The position numbers and the translations under genes were made by a program. DNA of 64,000 nt from Selaginella moellendorffii (lineage: Eukaryota > Plantae > Lycopodiophyta). Shown piece after piece: positions 1 through 12,120 of the stretch. Position 1 is the first letter of the stretch; every line of letters begins with the position of its first letter. The stretch spans positions 1,109,864 to 1,173,863 of the forward strand of contig NW_003314265.1 in NCBI RefSeq assembly GCF_000143415.4. The letters are read 5' to 3'. A model generated the notes under the pieces. It made no database searches and had not been told where the DNA came from. It was given only the letters and a program-made list of their open reading frames with translations.

Positions 1-3000
1 CATAAAACATCAGCATTTAGAAAATTATTAATGTCCAATTATCACATATTTGGAAGGAAAGTAAAAGACTATGTATTTGTAACACAATTTCAATAATGTG
101 GTACACAACATGAACATGCACTAATATGGTTAGAAAATCCACCATAAACATTAGAACAAATAAAAGAATATGCTAATAACAATATATGTACTGATTCAGA
201 GAAACTACCAGATAATATAAAAGATGTTCAAACTCATAAACATAGAAAAACATGTAAGAAATATATAAACACAAATTGTAGATTCAATTACCCAATTCCT
301 CCAATGCCACAAACAGAAATCTTAGAGCCTATAAAAGACATTACAAAACATGAAAAGGATTCAAATACAATAATTTACAAAAAAATAAAAACAATACTAG
401 AAGATAAAACTATAGATCTAAAAAAAATAGAGTTTAATAAATATTTAAAAATAATAGGAATAACATATGAGCAATATAAAGCTACAATAAGATTGACAAT
501 AACAAATACAAAAAAAATTTATAAACGAAAACCAAAAGACATAAATATAAATACTTTTAATAACAAATTATCAAATTTGTGGCAATCAAATGTAGATATA
601 AAAATTATTCTTGATCCATATGCAGGAGCATCATATTGTTTATCATACATTGCATGTATTGAAACAGAAATAACAAAGACATTATAAACTGTATTTAAAA
701 AAAGCCAAGAAGAAGGAACAGAAGAGTTCAGTTATTAGGAAATAGCTTCATACGTGGTAGGGAAATGGCAATTCAAGAAGCATTTTTTTTGTAAAGTTTA
801 TTGATATTAAACCACAAGAACAATGAACAAAACGTTTAAAAATGAAACAAGACCTTGCAAAAATGCAAGAAGATGAAACAAATATAGCAGTACTTGGACT
901 AATTGAAAAATACATGCAAAAACCAGAAGAATTAGAAGATTTAACATTAGCAGAGATAACAACTGAATATATAATTGAAAAAGAAGTAACAACACGAAAA
1001 CATAAATATATATATATAATTAGATATATAAACTTTAGTAAAGAAAAAGATCCAGAAAAGTGGGCTTTTGAAAGATTAATCTCACATAAAAAATTTAGAA
1101 AAGAAGAAGATCTTAAAGAAATGTACACAACATATATGAATGTATATAAAGCAAATATGGAACAAATAAATGAAAAACAACACCAATACATATATAAAAA
1201 AGTAACAAATGAGACTGAATTTGATTGGGAGAATCCAGAACAAGAAGCAAATAAAATATTAAAAGAACAAGCACAGTATATACAAGAAATAAACATAAAC
1301 CAAACAGATGAATTTGATATAGGGAAAAATTTATTCAAAATAAAAAATAACAAAAACTTAATTTTAAATATAAAAGATAAAATATTAACAAATACAACAA
1401 TTATAATACAAGATGAATACCTTATGGAAACTAGTAAATATCACCAATTATTAAGAACTCTTAATAAAAAGCAAAAAATAATACATGATGACTTCATATT
1501 GAAAAAAATAAAACAACCTAACAAACAATTGTGCTTATTTTTAACAGGAGGAGCAGATACTGGAAAATCAATGCTTTTAAATACACTTATAAAAACACTC
1601 AAATGATATTATAAACAAACCAAGATATAAATAATGAACTAGGACAAACAATATTAATAACAGCACCTACAAGAAAAGCAGCTTGTAATATAAATGGTTC
1701 AACAATACATTTAGCTTTTGCATTTCGACCAGAAGCATCAAAACAACGACAAATAATATTAACAAATGACACATTAGATAAACATGAAAGAAAGTTTTCA
1801 ACAAAAAAAAGTTTAATAATAGATGAAATATCAATAGTAAGTATAGAAATGCTACAAGATATAAATAGAAGATGTGAAAGCTTCAAAACAACATATGGAA
1901 TACACTTTGGTGGGATGGATTGTATATTTACAGGTGATTTCTATCAATTAAATCCTACATTTGAAGCACCAATTTATTCAACAAGAACATATAGACCTGA
2001 AAATGATGTCTCCATACACCACCCATGGAAAAATAATTTTAAAATCTATGAACTTACTGAAATAATGAGGCGAAAAGATGATATAATCTTTATTAAAGCT
2101 TTAAATAAAATAAAAATAGGAGAAAAAACAGATAAAGAGCTAGAATATATAAATAAACAAGTCACCACAGATACATATAACACAGAATACTATTCTATAT
2201 TTGCAACTAATGAACAAGTAAGAGAACATATTGAAAAAATAATACAACTCATACAAGGTAAAGATATAATTATAGAAGCACAAGACAAACATGGAAATTC
2301 CTGTCCTACACATTTCACGCTGCCAGATGACACAAGAAAAACACAAGGACTACATAAAATATTACATTTGAAAAAGAAAATGGCAATTGAAATAACACAA
2401 AATATAGCAACAGAAGATGGATTAGTAAATGGAGTAGATGGAGTATTATAAGATGTAACCCAAATTGAAGAAGAACAAATAATGTGGATAGAATTCCCAA
2501 ATATAAAAACAGGTGAAAAAACAAGAGCTAAAGAAAACATAACAATAAAGCAAATTAATGAAAAAAACTGGACACCAATAAAAAAAAAAACAAGAACAAT
2601 AAATATTACTAAAAATAAAAACTATGTTATAAGTAGAACCCAATTTCCAGTACAACCATATGCAAGAAGAACAATACATAAAGCACAAGGATCAACAGTT
2701 ATGCAATTAGGATATAACCCATATAAAACAAAATATCCAGGACAAGCATATACCACATTATCAAGAGCACAAACACTAAAAGGGATACATTTATATAGAC
2801 CAATTGAACATAAACATATTAAAATCAATAAAGATGCAACTAAAGAAATAATAAGAATGACAACAGAAGCACCATGGCAAATTGATTTAATAGATTTACA
2901 AGAAGAAGAAAAAGCTAACCAAACAATTATACAAGTTCTAAATACAAGATCTATTACTGCACATCAAGAAGATATAAAGAGTGATTCACAATTATTAACA

Positions 3001-3492
3001 TCAGATATAATATGTATGCAAGAAGTAAGAACACAAAAACATGAGGATTTATATTTTAATAAATATAAATCATATATACATGAACAACCGCCACATATAG
3101 CAATATTGCATACAAATGACTACAAATCAGAAATAGTAGAACATTTAAAAACAGAAACAATGTCATATGTATCACTAGAAAAAAATAAAAAGCAATTACA
3201 GATAATAAATTTACATAGAAAACCTGGAACAAATATACATATATTCATAAAACAACTACAAAAATATATACAGAAAATAGATAATAAAAAAACAGTAATA
3301 ATTACAGGAGATTTTAATATTGACTACCAAATAGAAGAAGTAAAACCAATACAAATAATAAAACACAATACACGTAATAATAAATTAATAGATCATATAT
3401 GGATAAAAGATATAATATATACAAAAGCAGGAATAGCACCTGCATATTGGACAGATCATAACAAATTATATATCATAATAAAAAATATTTAA
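1..3492 (+). pseudogene. RepHel-endonuclease polyprotein (HUH Rep + PIF1 helicase + EEP/APE endonuclease) with stops and frameshifts
   Basis: Rep motif 2 TQFQ*CGTQHEHALIW (~82-129), QTHKHRKTC, CRFNYPIPP and motif 3 ILDPYAGASYCLSYI. Helicase motifs FLTGGADTGKS, LIIDEIS, GDFYQL, ELTEIMR, DGLVNG, RTQFP, TIHKAQG, YTTLSR. EEP motifs LNTRS, DIICMQE, ITGDFN, LIDHIW, WTDH. Confidence 0.9.
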
Positions 3493-3545
3493 AAACAAAA
3501 GCAAACCAAGCATTGCTGCAATGCAACGCGCAGCAATTTATTAAA
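1..3545 (+). mobile_element. Helitron of the endonuclease-bearing (Helentron-type) class, 5'-truncated by window, decayed
   Basis: Contains Rep, PIF1 helicase and EEP endonuclease motifs in order. The coding strand is extremely A-rich. A subterminal hairpin ATTGCTGC-N10-GCAGCAAT (3512-3537) lies just after the stop codon and is followed by an AT-only tract. The exact 3' end is approximate. Confidence 0.88.
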
Positions 3546-4280
3546 ATTTATAATATTTGTATTAAACTCAAGAGTGGTCCACTCTCCACCAAACCTGTTG
3601 CCATAATGAAAAAACAAATTAAGGGAATTTACCCTACTTTCCACACCAAAAAACTTGTGTCATAACCAAATCAATTGTATTAACAGATATAAATGGATTG
3701 AGGATGGAGACAGAATGAGTAGAGACCTGGGCAATTCTCTCGATCATAAAATCAACCTCCTTGGAGCTCCAATACAGCTTTATTAGAGGTTATCAAAACT
3801 CATAACCAATTATAGTGAGGACAATGTAATTAATATTATCATGAGCTGATGATATGAACCATGTCAACACTGATACCAAGCGCCCAGCGCAGCCACAGAA
3901 GCTACCTCTGACGTCTCACTGTGCGCACAGATTAAGTCAAGGATTTTGCTGTAGCTGCTCCTCACATACACCAGCAGCTCATGCTGCAACCGCCCGGGCT
4001 CGTCAAGTCTGTGAGAAGGCTTTCAGCTCAGAGGGTGGTAGCTATCTCTCTCACTGTCGTTCGCAGGCTTTGCAACCAGGCTGGGATGTGGGATACAGAG
4101 CAGCTAGAATGCACACTGCCAGGAGCCTCATCATTTTCTCAAACCTCTTTGCCACCTTTTAGTATTTGCGTTCCTCGGTTATTTCTACCCTCAAATACCT
4201 TCTAGGCACATATTAACATTGCAAAGATCATGTTAGCTAGAACTATCACGCATGGGGAAAAACAACGATTACAATTGTCT

Positions 4281-4944
4281 TCAAGCTTTATCTTTCTTCA
4301 CTGCGGCTTTCTTCCTGCTGCTCTTCTGGCTCTGCTTTAGCTTCGCCAGTCCCGGAGTGCTCACCTTCACATTTCCACATGCACGCTACCATATCTGACT
4401 CTGCCACCGCTTTCATCAATTCCTTCTCTCTCGGAAGCACGTCCGACAAGTGAATGAAAGCGTCCATAGCCATTTTCACTCCTGGAAGCAGCAACCGAAT
4501 GAAACCAAGCGAAAGAAAACCACGTAACTATTTACCTTTGCCTTTTTTCAAAGGCCCTGGTGTGATCTTTACGTGGTACTTGTAGCTCTGGAGAGCACTG
4601 TAAGGCCTGCACACCAGTACCGCGTAGAGCAGGATGTCGTTCGGGAGGGGCCTTCCAGTCAGAGCGTCCAGCTCCGTTAGCTTCTCCCTTTCTTCCTCGT
4701 CCAGATCCACAATGTTCTCCTTGGCATTGATCGCCGCAATTTTGCTTTCAGTTTGCTTCGAGTCCGGGCACTCGGATGCAACATGTCCACTTTTCTTGCA
4801 GTTGTAGCAAATCACGGGTTTCTTTGCTGCGTCTGTAAAGCTTGCAAATTCATGGACAAAAATTAGAGTACAAGACGAACCTTCATTCTTCACACTCGGT
4901 TTTTCTGGTTGCTCCTTGGCTGATGGTTTTTGTTGTCCTGCAGA
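4281..4944 (-). pseudogene. NEMF: NEMF/Rqc2 (ribosome quality control, NFACT family) pseudogene, 3' exons
   Basis: CCHC knuckle CYNCKKSGHVASEC and NFACT-C sequence ELDALTGRPLPNDILLYAVLVCRPYSALQSYKYHVKITPG..REKELMKAV. A frameshift near 4378 precedes GNVKVSTPGLAKLK..., with the true stop at 4281-4283. Confidence 0.88.
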
Positions 4945-4993
4945 CTATTTGTAATTATGTTTCAAGTCAGTTCCAGGAAAAACAAAAGCAAAA

Positions 4994-5017
4994 AAGCTCT
5001 ATTTCGTTAAAGTGGGA
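4994..5017 (+). repeat. Left terminal inverted repeat (24 bp)
   Basis: Exact reverse complement of 18084-18107. Confidence 0.93.
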
Positions 5018-5430
5018 ATTGTCATTATCCCACTTGTAAAATAAGGTTTCCAAACCTTTATATAGTATATAAATATAACAAAATTCAACTGCATTGAGGC
5101 ACATGCCATTTTATTTTAAACAAGGAAATGTCTACTCAATCACTTTTCCTCCCCCTGCCACTGCTTCACCTCTCTCTTCTCCTTGTCATCGTCGTCCAAT
5201 TTCTTTCCATCTTTTTAATATTGGCTCAGTTGCTCCGAGTCTAGGTGGATCCCAAGTCCCCATTCAATCTTTCCCCTTATTAATAAAACAACTTCATAGA
5301 CTTCCAATAACATGCTGTAACACTTCTAGTATAATGCAAATCCTCTCAAAGAATTGTCTTTTAATATTAATACAATGGCATGGAACCCCATGCCATAATA
5401 AGTTACATTTTTAAATAAATACATGTCATC

Positions 5431-6313
5431 TCAGACTGTTATTTTTTGCCTCCAACGCCTATACAATAATCTTGGAATTTCATCACTCTCCACACTATCA
5501 GGATTTAAACCCAATAGTAATGCCATCTCTTCTCTAATACGTCCACGCTCATGTTCAGTGGTCGAAGAACCCATCCGGTTGAGCAGATTATGGAGATGCG
5601 GATAGTGCTTGGCTAGACAATATACATGCCATAAATGATGACTGGTGTTTGTCCGATCAAATGGCTTCTGATATACCGTTCCATCTGCCATTTGGTTGAT
5701 TTCTGCAGCCACCTCTTGGACTGGCCAGTTCTCTATCACCATCACTCCAAGCCGTTTTGCAAGGTCCCCCAGAACATACGGTTTCTTCTCCCTAGTTTCC
5801 ATACTGCAAGAGATGGGGTGCACTGCATATGTGTGCGTGTTCGCTACAGTTTTAATCGGCGAGTCATCGATGATGAGGATTTCACTTGACCTAGCAGTCC
5901 GGTTCATCACTACAGCCTCTGGCTTGACGAAGATGGGCTTGCTACCCCTCACATAGACTATAGTCAAGCAATCCTCCTGCGTTAGGAGAAAGTCAAATGG
6001 TAATATTACTCGTGTCTGATCGTGCATCATCTGTAGCAACGTTAATGCATTGTGGCGCATCATGGATGTCCAAACTCCCAATTGCAAATTGAACCCGGCC
6101 CTCTGTTTTAAGTGTCGCATGGTCATTATTAGATCCCGCAGTTTCTCCCGTGTGATTAATGTGAATCTCTCTTTTGACCAACTTGCGACCGCAGGCTTTG
6201 GAGGGTGCAGTGACATTCGAGGACGAGCCATGCTCATGGGAGAAAAGGACACCGTTCAGATCAAAAACGATACAGTACCTTCGCCGTGACTTTGAAATGA
6301 AATGCGTCAGCAT
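5431..6313 (-). CDS. FCP1/NIF-family HAD phosphatase-like domain (transposon cargo; frameshifted or spliced near 6180)
   Basis: Motif I CIVFDLNGVL lies in ORF 5993-6313. It is followed in ORF 5431-6252 by LGVWTSMMRHNA, PIFVK and LIIDDSPIKT..N...AVHP, the motif series of plant/fungal FCP1-homology proteins. Confidence 0.72.
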
Positions 6314-8227
6314 AAAAAATGGTACAAGTCAATTTTACCATCTACAATATTAGCGAATGGTGCTCCTGATGGTCGTTGAGAGGGTTTTGGTCGAGGAAAC
6401 GTGAAGGGCGGAAATACTCTCCTCTGCAATGTGGGGTCAATCGCATCCGATGGTGTGTGGGCACATGCCATTTCAACTGTAGACTCTAGTACAATTGGCT
6501 CAACAGTGGCATGGGGTGGTTCCGATGGCGTGTGATCACACGCCATTTCAGCTGGTGCCTCCGTTGGCAAAGTGGACATGACCGAACAGGCAGCAGGGGC
6601 GGTGTAGGGAGGTTCCAACGGCGCGTAGTCAGACGATTGGGCACACGTTGAGTCCGTTGGAAATGAGGATACGACCGGCTCGGCGGCTGGGGCGGCCTCA
6701 TGCGGGTCCAGTGGCGCCTGGTCATCGTCAGTTGGATACGTGGACAAGATTGACTCAGTGGTATGGGTAGCATCAAGTGGAGCGTGGTCAGCTTGCTTGG
6801 CGTTGATATGGATAGTAGCCTCCACCAGCTCTGATGACTCTTGCAGGCAAGTAGAGTCCACTGGCGGATCCATATGCATGTCCAAATATCTCCCTTCGAT
6901 TGAGATGGTATCCTCCCTACTGGCTACTAAAAACAAACTCATTAGCACATTGAATCGACTATACTGTATTTACCATCAACTGCTATTGAGGAACTAGGAC
7001 CGATATCACTTGGGCGCACTGCTGATTCTGAAGGATTGGACATACGTTTCGACCCTTGCTTGGCACTATCCTTCCTCGACACTAAAGGCTAGAGTTTATA
7101 TCTTAATTCAACTAAATAATCTCTACTTACCATTTGCTCTGCGACCTACATGGACAATGTTAGAAATGGTAAAAGGTTAGGAATGGATGTACTATTATTT
7201 ACCTGATGGTTTGTCTTGTATGACCTTCCTCCGCTGCTCTTTGGCCACCTCAGGCTGGCCATCGTCGTCATCATCGTCGTCGTCGTTATTGTGATCGTCA
7301 CCATTGTGAGGACCATCCAAGTCCTCTTCGTCCTCCTCTTCTTTGTCCTCCTCTTCGTCCTTCTGCTCTTCTTGCTCATTATCTTTCTCTGGCTCCTCAT
7401 CCCCCTTCTGCATTTCTTCCATAGGCTGCTCAGGCTGGATGGCTTGTTCTTCCAGGACCATCTTGGGAAAATCATCTGGCCGAGTCTCCATCTCAAAATA
7501 CAAGACATCCATAGCTTGTTTTAATGCGTGACCTAGGACCGTATCCTCACCCGACTGTCTTAACATGGTTTCTGCACGTTCTTGCACCCTTCGAAGACGA
7601 CGAGATGAGAAAAACGTGGCCCTGACTTGAAAAGCATCTCTCATCCATTGTACCTCTCCATTGAGATTGGGGAAGGGGAGTCCGCCATAGGAATCTGAGT
7701 CAGGAAGTGGTGACTGGCTGCTTTCACTCAGCCCTTGATCTGCAATGAATGGCATGAGCACACACGCCATAACCACGAGGCATTACCTATCATCTTTTCG
7801 TTGCCCTTCTTCATTTTCAAATCAAACGCCTCTGATCCCGACGACTGTCCAACGTGCTTTCACTTTTTATGACCACTGTCAGTTTGAGCTTGGCTGGTGC
7901 TTGCCTGTTTTGCATTTGAAGAAGTGTCTCCTGCAAGGAATGGCATGAGACCACACACCATTGCAAATATAATTTGTACCTCTTTTTTTCCTATTGCTTG
8001 TCTATTTGTCCTTCTTCGACGCGCCACCAGTGCACTTTTCAGTCCTCGTGTCTGAATATTCACAACGATCTATAATCAAAATGGCGTGAGGCCTCACGTG
8101 ACTTTACCTTGTGCAGGTTGTGAGCTCGGCCCAACATGGGTATCTTCAACAGTAGCTGTTAACGCCGTTTCAGCATCTGGGGGTGGCCACGCTCTTGCAT
8201 ACAGAGCTTGTGAGATAACATTTAAAC
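6307..8227 (-). CDS. Low-complexity (acidic; Pro/Ala/Thr repeat) exons of the transposon cargo gene, with nonsense mutations
   Basis: Phase-1-compatible GT-AG introns at ~8052-8107, 7931-7979 and 7740-7786, plus a 15-nt micro-exon ~7132-7146. ORFs 7195-7776 (poly-E/D) and 6307-6948 (DHAPL/DQAPL/DYAPL/DHTPS repeats). Confidence 0.6.
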
Positions 8228-10822
8228 TTAAAGTGCGTACTCACTAGGTTCGCAGAGAAGATACTGTTTTTCTTTGGCAACTGTAATTATATGCTCCATT
8301 GAAGTCACCTCTTCAATGGAGTTTGTCACCGCAACACACAGGACACCCTTGAGTAGTGCGGCTCGAAAGAATAGTCCGCCGCAGTTGTACTCGACAACGC
8401 ATTTGCCTTTGGAGTCGGAAGCAGGTGACCCACCCGCTATTGCGTTGAAGACCCAGCTGAGCATTTCCCATGCTGCACCTGGAGCTTTCTCTGGATTCGA
8501 AAGCTCCATAGCCATCTTCAGTTCCTTAGGCACGGGTAAATTGACCTCCCTCAGATCAATTTGATCGGCCTTGTCGAACGAAGCTGGGAAGTCACTCCAG
8601 TCCCACTCTGCTGCAGGACCAATAACAAGGGCGAGTGTGAAGATGCGGACATTCGTCGGTATCTTCTTCTTAGCCATTATCCCATAGATCTCCCGCATCT
8701 CTTTGCCTTTCAACCGAGCCTTCACCTCGTTCAAGGCCTTCCAGAACTTGTGATAGGATTCGGAGTCGTAGATCATATAGCGGACTGAAGATTCCACCTC
8801 CGCAAGTCCCACCATTAAGTCAATGATGGAGCTGACTTCGTCTGTATGAGTGATCTCCTCGTTTGTGAAGTCCATCACACAAAAGATGTTCTTGACCTGC
8901 TCATCTCCGCGGGAAACGATGCTCCTCCACCTTTGATCCTCATCCGAATTCACGTATACCCGGTAAGGTTCTCGATAGGCCTCTGCTGCGGGGTCGAGCT
9001 GTTTTTGAAGCCGGCGGTCAACATCCCTCTTAATGAAATTTGGATACTGATCCAACTTCTCAGCTTTACTTTTCGTGGCATCCCGCAGCAGATCGATGAA
9101 CTTAGGGGCCCCCTTCACGTACTCGTCGATGTCTTCATTTGACAACTCCAACTCTTCCATCATCTCTTGCGTGGTGTCGATGCTCACCCTCTCCACGGCC
9201 ACTTGCTCGAAGATCCAATCCTTCAATAGCGCACGAGCTCTCAGAGTCGTGCACAAGTCCTCGTATGTCACAATATGGCTGGGAGTCATTTTGGTCTTGT
9301 TGAAGACTACCTCACCACGTAGAAGAGCATTAGCCACTGTCAGAAGGTCATTGTCGTCTAGAGACCGCGAGAAACGCAAGGCATTGAGCTTCAAATCATT
9401 GGGCTTTCGGCCGTCCTCCACACCCATTGAGTTTAGCAACTCCCCGTCATGGTACCTCCTCAGCACATCTACCCATTTGTCAAAAACAACTTTTGTCGCG
9501 AGTAGAATGTTATGGATGCTGAGTGTGTCATTGACCCCCAGTGTTTTCGAGAGAAGACTCAAGAATTCCTGCAATGGAAATGGCGTGAGGCCACATGCTA
9601 TGCCACATGCAACGAGGCTTACCTGCCAGGCGCTAGTTGCTAGTGCACATCCTTGTCCTGGTTTTTGTGGCTTCTTCAGTTGAACCCAGAGCTTCCGTGT
9701 TTGTGCCAATGTCTCGTGCAGACCCGATTTGTAGTACGTTTCTTGCTTGACATTCTGCGCGTGGGAGATGTATATGATAGATCGGAGGGGCGAGTTGCCT
9801 TTTATCAGGCGGACAACTCTTGTCTTGAAGACTTTCTTCACCTCCTCGCCCACCATAATATCCACAACTATCTCTTGCATCGCCAAGCTAGAATGCTGCC
9901 CGGAGACGGCATAGAACCGGATGTTCTGATCGTCCAACACCTTCCTATTGATCAAGTCTAGAAACCTCGTCTCGCCCTTCATTGTTCGGTAGTAGGGGAT
10001 CACGTCTATGATGTCGGGTGTTACTGGACTTGCCAGCATCTTCTGCTTCAGTTTCTCCACCCACTCATCAGATACTAGCCTGTGGTTGTATTTGCTTTGG
10101 ATGTCGATACAGCTCACGTCGATTGTATATACTTTGTTGGAATAGTAACAAGTACTATTATCTGTGATGATTTTTACTGCCTCTTCTTGCTCTTTCTGCT
10201 CTTTGCGGCTCTTCTTTTTGGTGGGTGTAGTGTTCGAACCCGAGGCAATGGCATCACCAAGTAGCTTCTTTTTTGGAGCAGGAGAGTCGGACGTCGGCTT
10301 GAGCTTGACCACCCTTTTCTGCTTCGGGATAATTTCCAGATCGACCCCCTTCCCCTTCGCTTCGCGAACTGGAGGCACTCTCAACGGCTCAATGTTGGAA
10401 TATAGTTTTTGAACATTGCCGTAAGTGAGGTCCGTGGATTCCATGTGATCTTCATAGACCCGCAGCGTCTTTGAAATTGTGGGCCTCCTGGACAACCTCT
10501 CCCTAGCTCCCTCTAGGAATTCCTCATAGCCGCTGCCCCCCTCCGGGAAGCCGCTAGGATGTGCAAGGTGGATCTTGAAGGCGGACACTGTCTCTACCAC
10601 AAGTGCCAGTCCATATTCTTGCATGGAACTGCATGGAGAGTCTGTCACTTGGATGAGGATCCCCATGCATTCTTTTCTCCCACCATCTGTGTTGTATAGC
10701 CTCAGATCCTCGCCTTCCATCCCGAAAGTCCAACTGGTGAGCTCCTTCCCCTTCTCTGCATCCACATTGACAGTGGCTGGAAGAAGAACGCAATTCCTCG
10801 CTTGTTCAGAAATGCACAACAA
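8228..10822 (-). CDS. Large transposon-borne protein with ParB/Srx-like domain and C-terminal degenerate DNA amino-methyltransferase-like fold
   Basis: 864-aa ORF containing a 54-nt in-frame intron (9569-9622). ParB-like TIDVSCIDI..NHRLVSDEWVEKLKQKM...FYAVSGQHSSLAM. The C-terminal NPEK..EMLSWVF..GKCVVEYNCGGLFFRAALLKGVLCVAV resembles beta-class MTase motifs X-I. A GTGAGT donor before the ORF stop suggests continuation by splicing. Confidence 0.6.
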   Translation of the reverse strand: MLCISEQARNCVLLPATVNVDAEKGKELTSWTFGMEGEDLRLYNTDGGRKECMGILIQVTDSPCSSMQEYGLALVVETVSAFKIHLAHPSGFPEGGSGYEEFLEGARERLSRRPTISKTLRVYEDHMESTDLTYGNVQKLYSNIEPLRVPPVREAKGKGVDLEIIPKQKRVVKLKPTSDSPAPKKKLLGDAIASGSNTTPTKKKSRKEQKEQEEAVKIITDNSTCYYSNKVYTIDVSCIDIQSKYNHRLVSDEWVEKLKQKMLASPVTPDIIDVIPYYRTMKGETRFLDLINRKVLDDQNIRFYAVSGQHSSLAMQEIVVDIMVGEEVKKVFKTRVVRLIKGNSPLRSIIYISHAQNVKQETYYKSGLHETLAQTRKLWVQLKKPQKPGQGCALATSAWQVSLVACGIACGLTPFPLQEFLSLLSKTLGVNDTLSIHNILLATKVVFDKWVDVLRRYHDGELLNSMGVEDGRKPNDLKLNALRFSRSLDDNDLLTVANALLRGEVVFNKTKMTPSHIVTYEDLCTTLRARALLKDWIFEQVAVERVSIDTTQEMMEELELSNEDIDEYVKGAPKFIDLLRDATKSKAEKLDQYPNFIKRDVDRRLQKQLDPAAEAYREPYRVYVNSDEDQRWRSIVSRGDEQVKNIFCVMDFTNEEITHTDEVSSIIDLMVGLAEVESSVRYMIYDSESYHKFWKALNEVKARLKGKEMREIYGIMAKKKIPTNVRIFTLALVIGPAAEWDWSDFPASFDKADQIDLREVNLPVPKELKMAMELSNPEKAPGAAWEMLSWVFNAIAGGSPASDSKGKCVVEYNCGGLFFRAALLKGVLCVAVTNSIEEVTSMEHIITVAKEKQYLLCEPSEYAL

Positions 10823-12093
10823 TTAGAGCTGACAGATGAAAAGCTAGCAGCTGGAAATAACGTGAGGCCACACGCCATTCACCACTGCATCAGATGTCTT
10901 GAGGCTGCATCCTAAGATGGCGTGAGGCTACACGCCATCTGTAACCGGACTGCACTCGAGAGCCCAATCGGTGCATGCCAATGTTGCTACTGAATGGCAT
11001 GTGGCCTCATGCCATTTTCTACTTGGCCTAAAAGACTTACCATTTGAAGCCGAATGGAGGCGTGACAATCGAGGCCGGACTCGCTGGCGAATATGCACTG
11101 TGTGTGCAGCGGATCGTAGCAGCAAGGCTACTCTGCCACTTACAGTTGGAGAGTGGCGCTGAAATCTCCCGGGACGCCAAGTGGGCTGCGTGTGGGTGGC
11201 GGAGTGGGCGGCGGAGTTGGCGGCGAAGTTACAAACTGGGTGTGTCTTGAAGTGGACGCCGATGCACATGAGCGCAATGCGAGCACGATGCGAGTGCGAG
11301 TGTGATGCAAGCGCGAGTGGACGCCGATGCACACGAGAAATCTGTAGAGAAGGTAGATGAGCGCGAATGTGAGCATGATCGCAAGTGGGAGCGCGATGCA
11401 AGCGCGAGTGTGCGAGCGCGAGTACGATGCAAAACCTAACTTCACACACGCGAAATGTCACGACGGTTGGTAATCCCGCAACGTCATCATTCCTCGGACT
11501 TGGGCGCCACCATTAATTTCTGGATCGCCACGCGCATGCATGCACGTGAAATCCAAAAGAAATCCGCAACGTCATCATTCCTCGGACTGCATGCACGCGA
11601 AATCCAAAAGAAAGATCATGATTGGGATATCATTTAATACCCTCGCTATATTTATACCATGCATGATTGGATATTCCAAAGCATCTTGTATTTCCAAAAA
11701 TGCCAGATGTTCAGCTAAATAAAGAATGGTATACAATGTCCTTCTTGATGACCCTGCAAAGAAGCATCTCGATCGGACACCACATGAGACCACACAAGCC
11801 TTACAATGTTTCAGGGGCATTTGCCATAGATCCGACCGTTATTTTGCTCCAAGATTCTACAGTTTGGTGTGCATTGACCTTTCCATCGACATTGCAAAGG
11901 GACATCACAATTAGATGCGGGATCAAAAGAAACTAACTTCACTAACTCTGGTTTCACCAAGATCTACGTAAGGAGTTATGAAATGAAAGGACCCTCTCTA
12001 TTGAAATGTGTTTATGGTCCTAGGGGCATTGTGATATATCAAAGGATTTTGCATCAAGTTCTGTATTTGCATGTTTATCAAGCTACTGAATTG

Positions 12094-12120
12094 CTAAACC
12101 CTAAACCCTAAACCCTAAAC
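12094..12120 (+). repeat. Interstitial plant telomere-type repeat (CCCTAAA) x~4
   Basis: ctaaaccctaaaccctaaaccctaaac. Confidence 0.85.

Noticed and set aside
12094-12120. True telomere or chromosome healing site
   Set aside because: Only ~4 units, inside an intact TIR-bounded element; more likely a telo-box-like tract.
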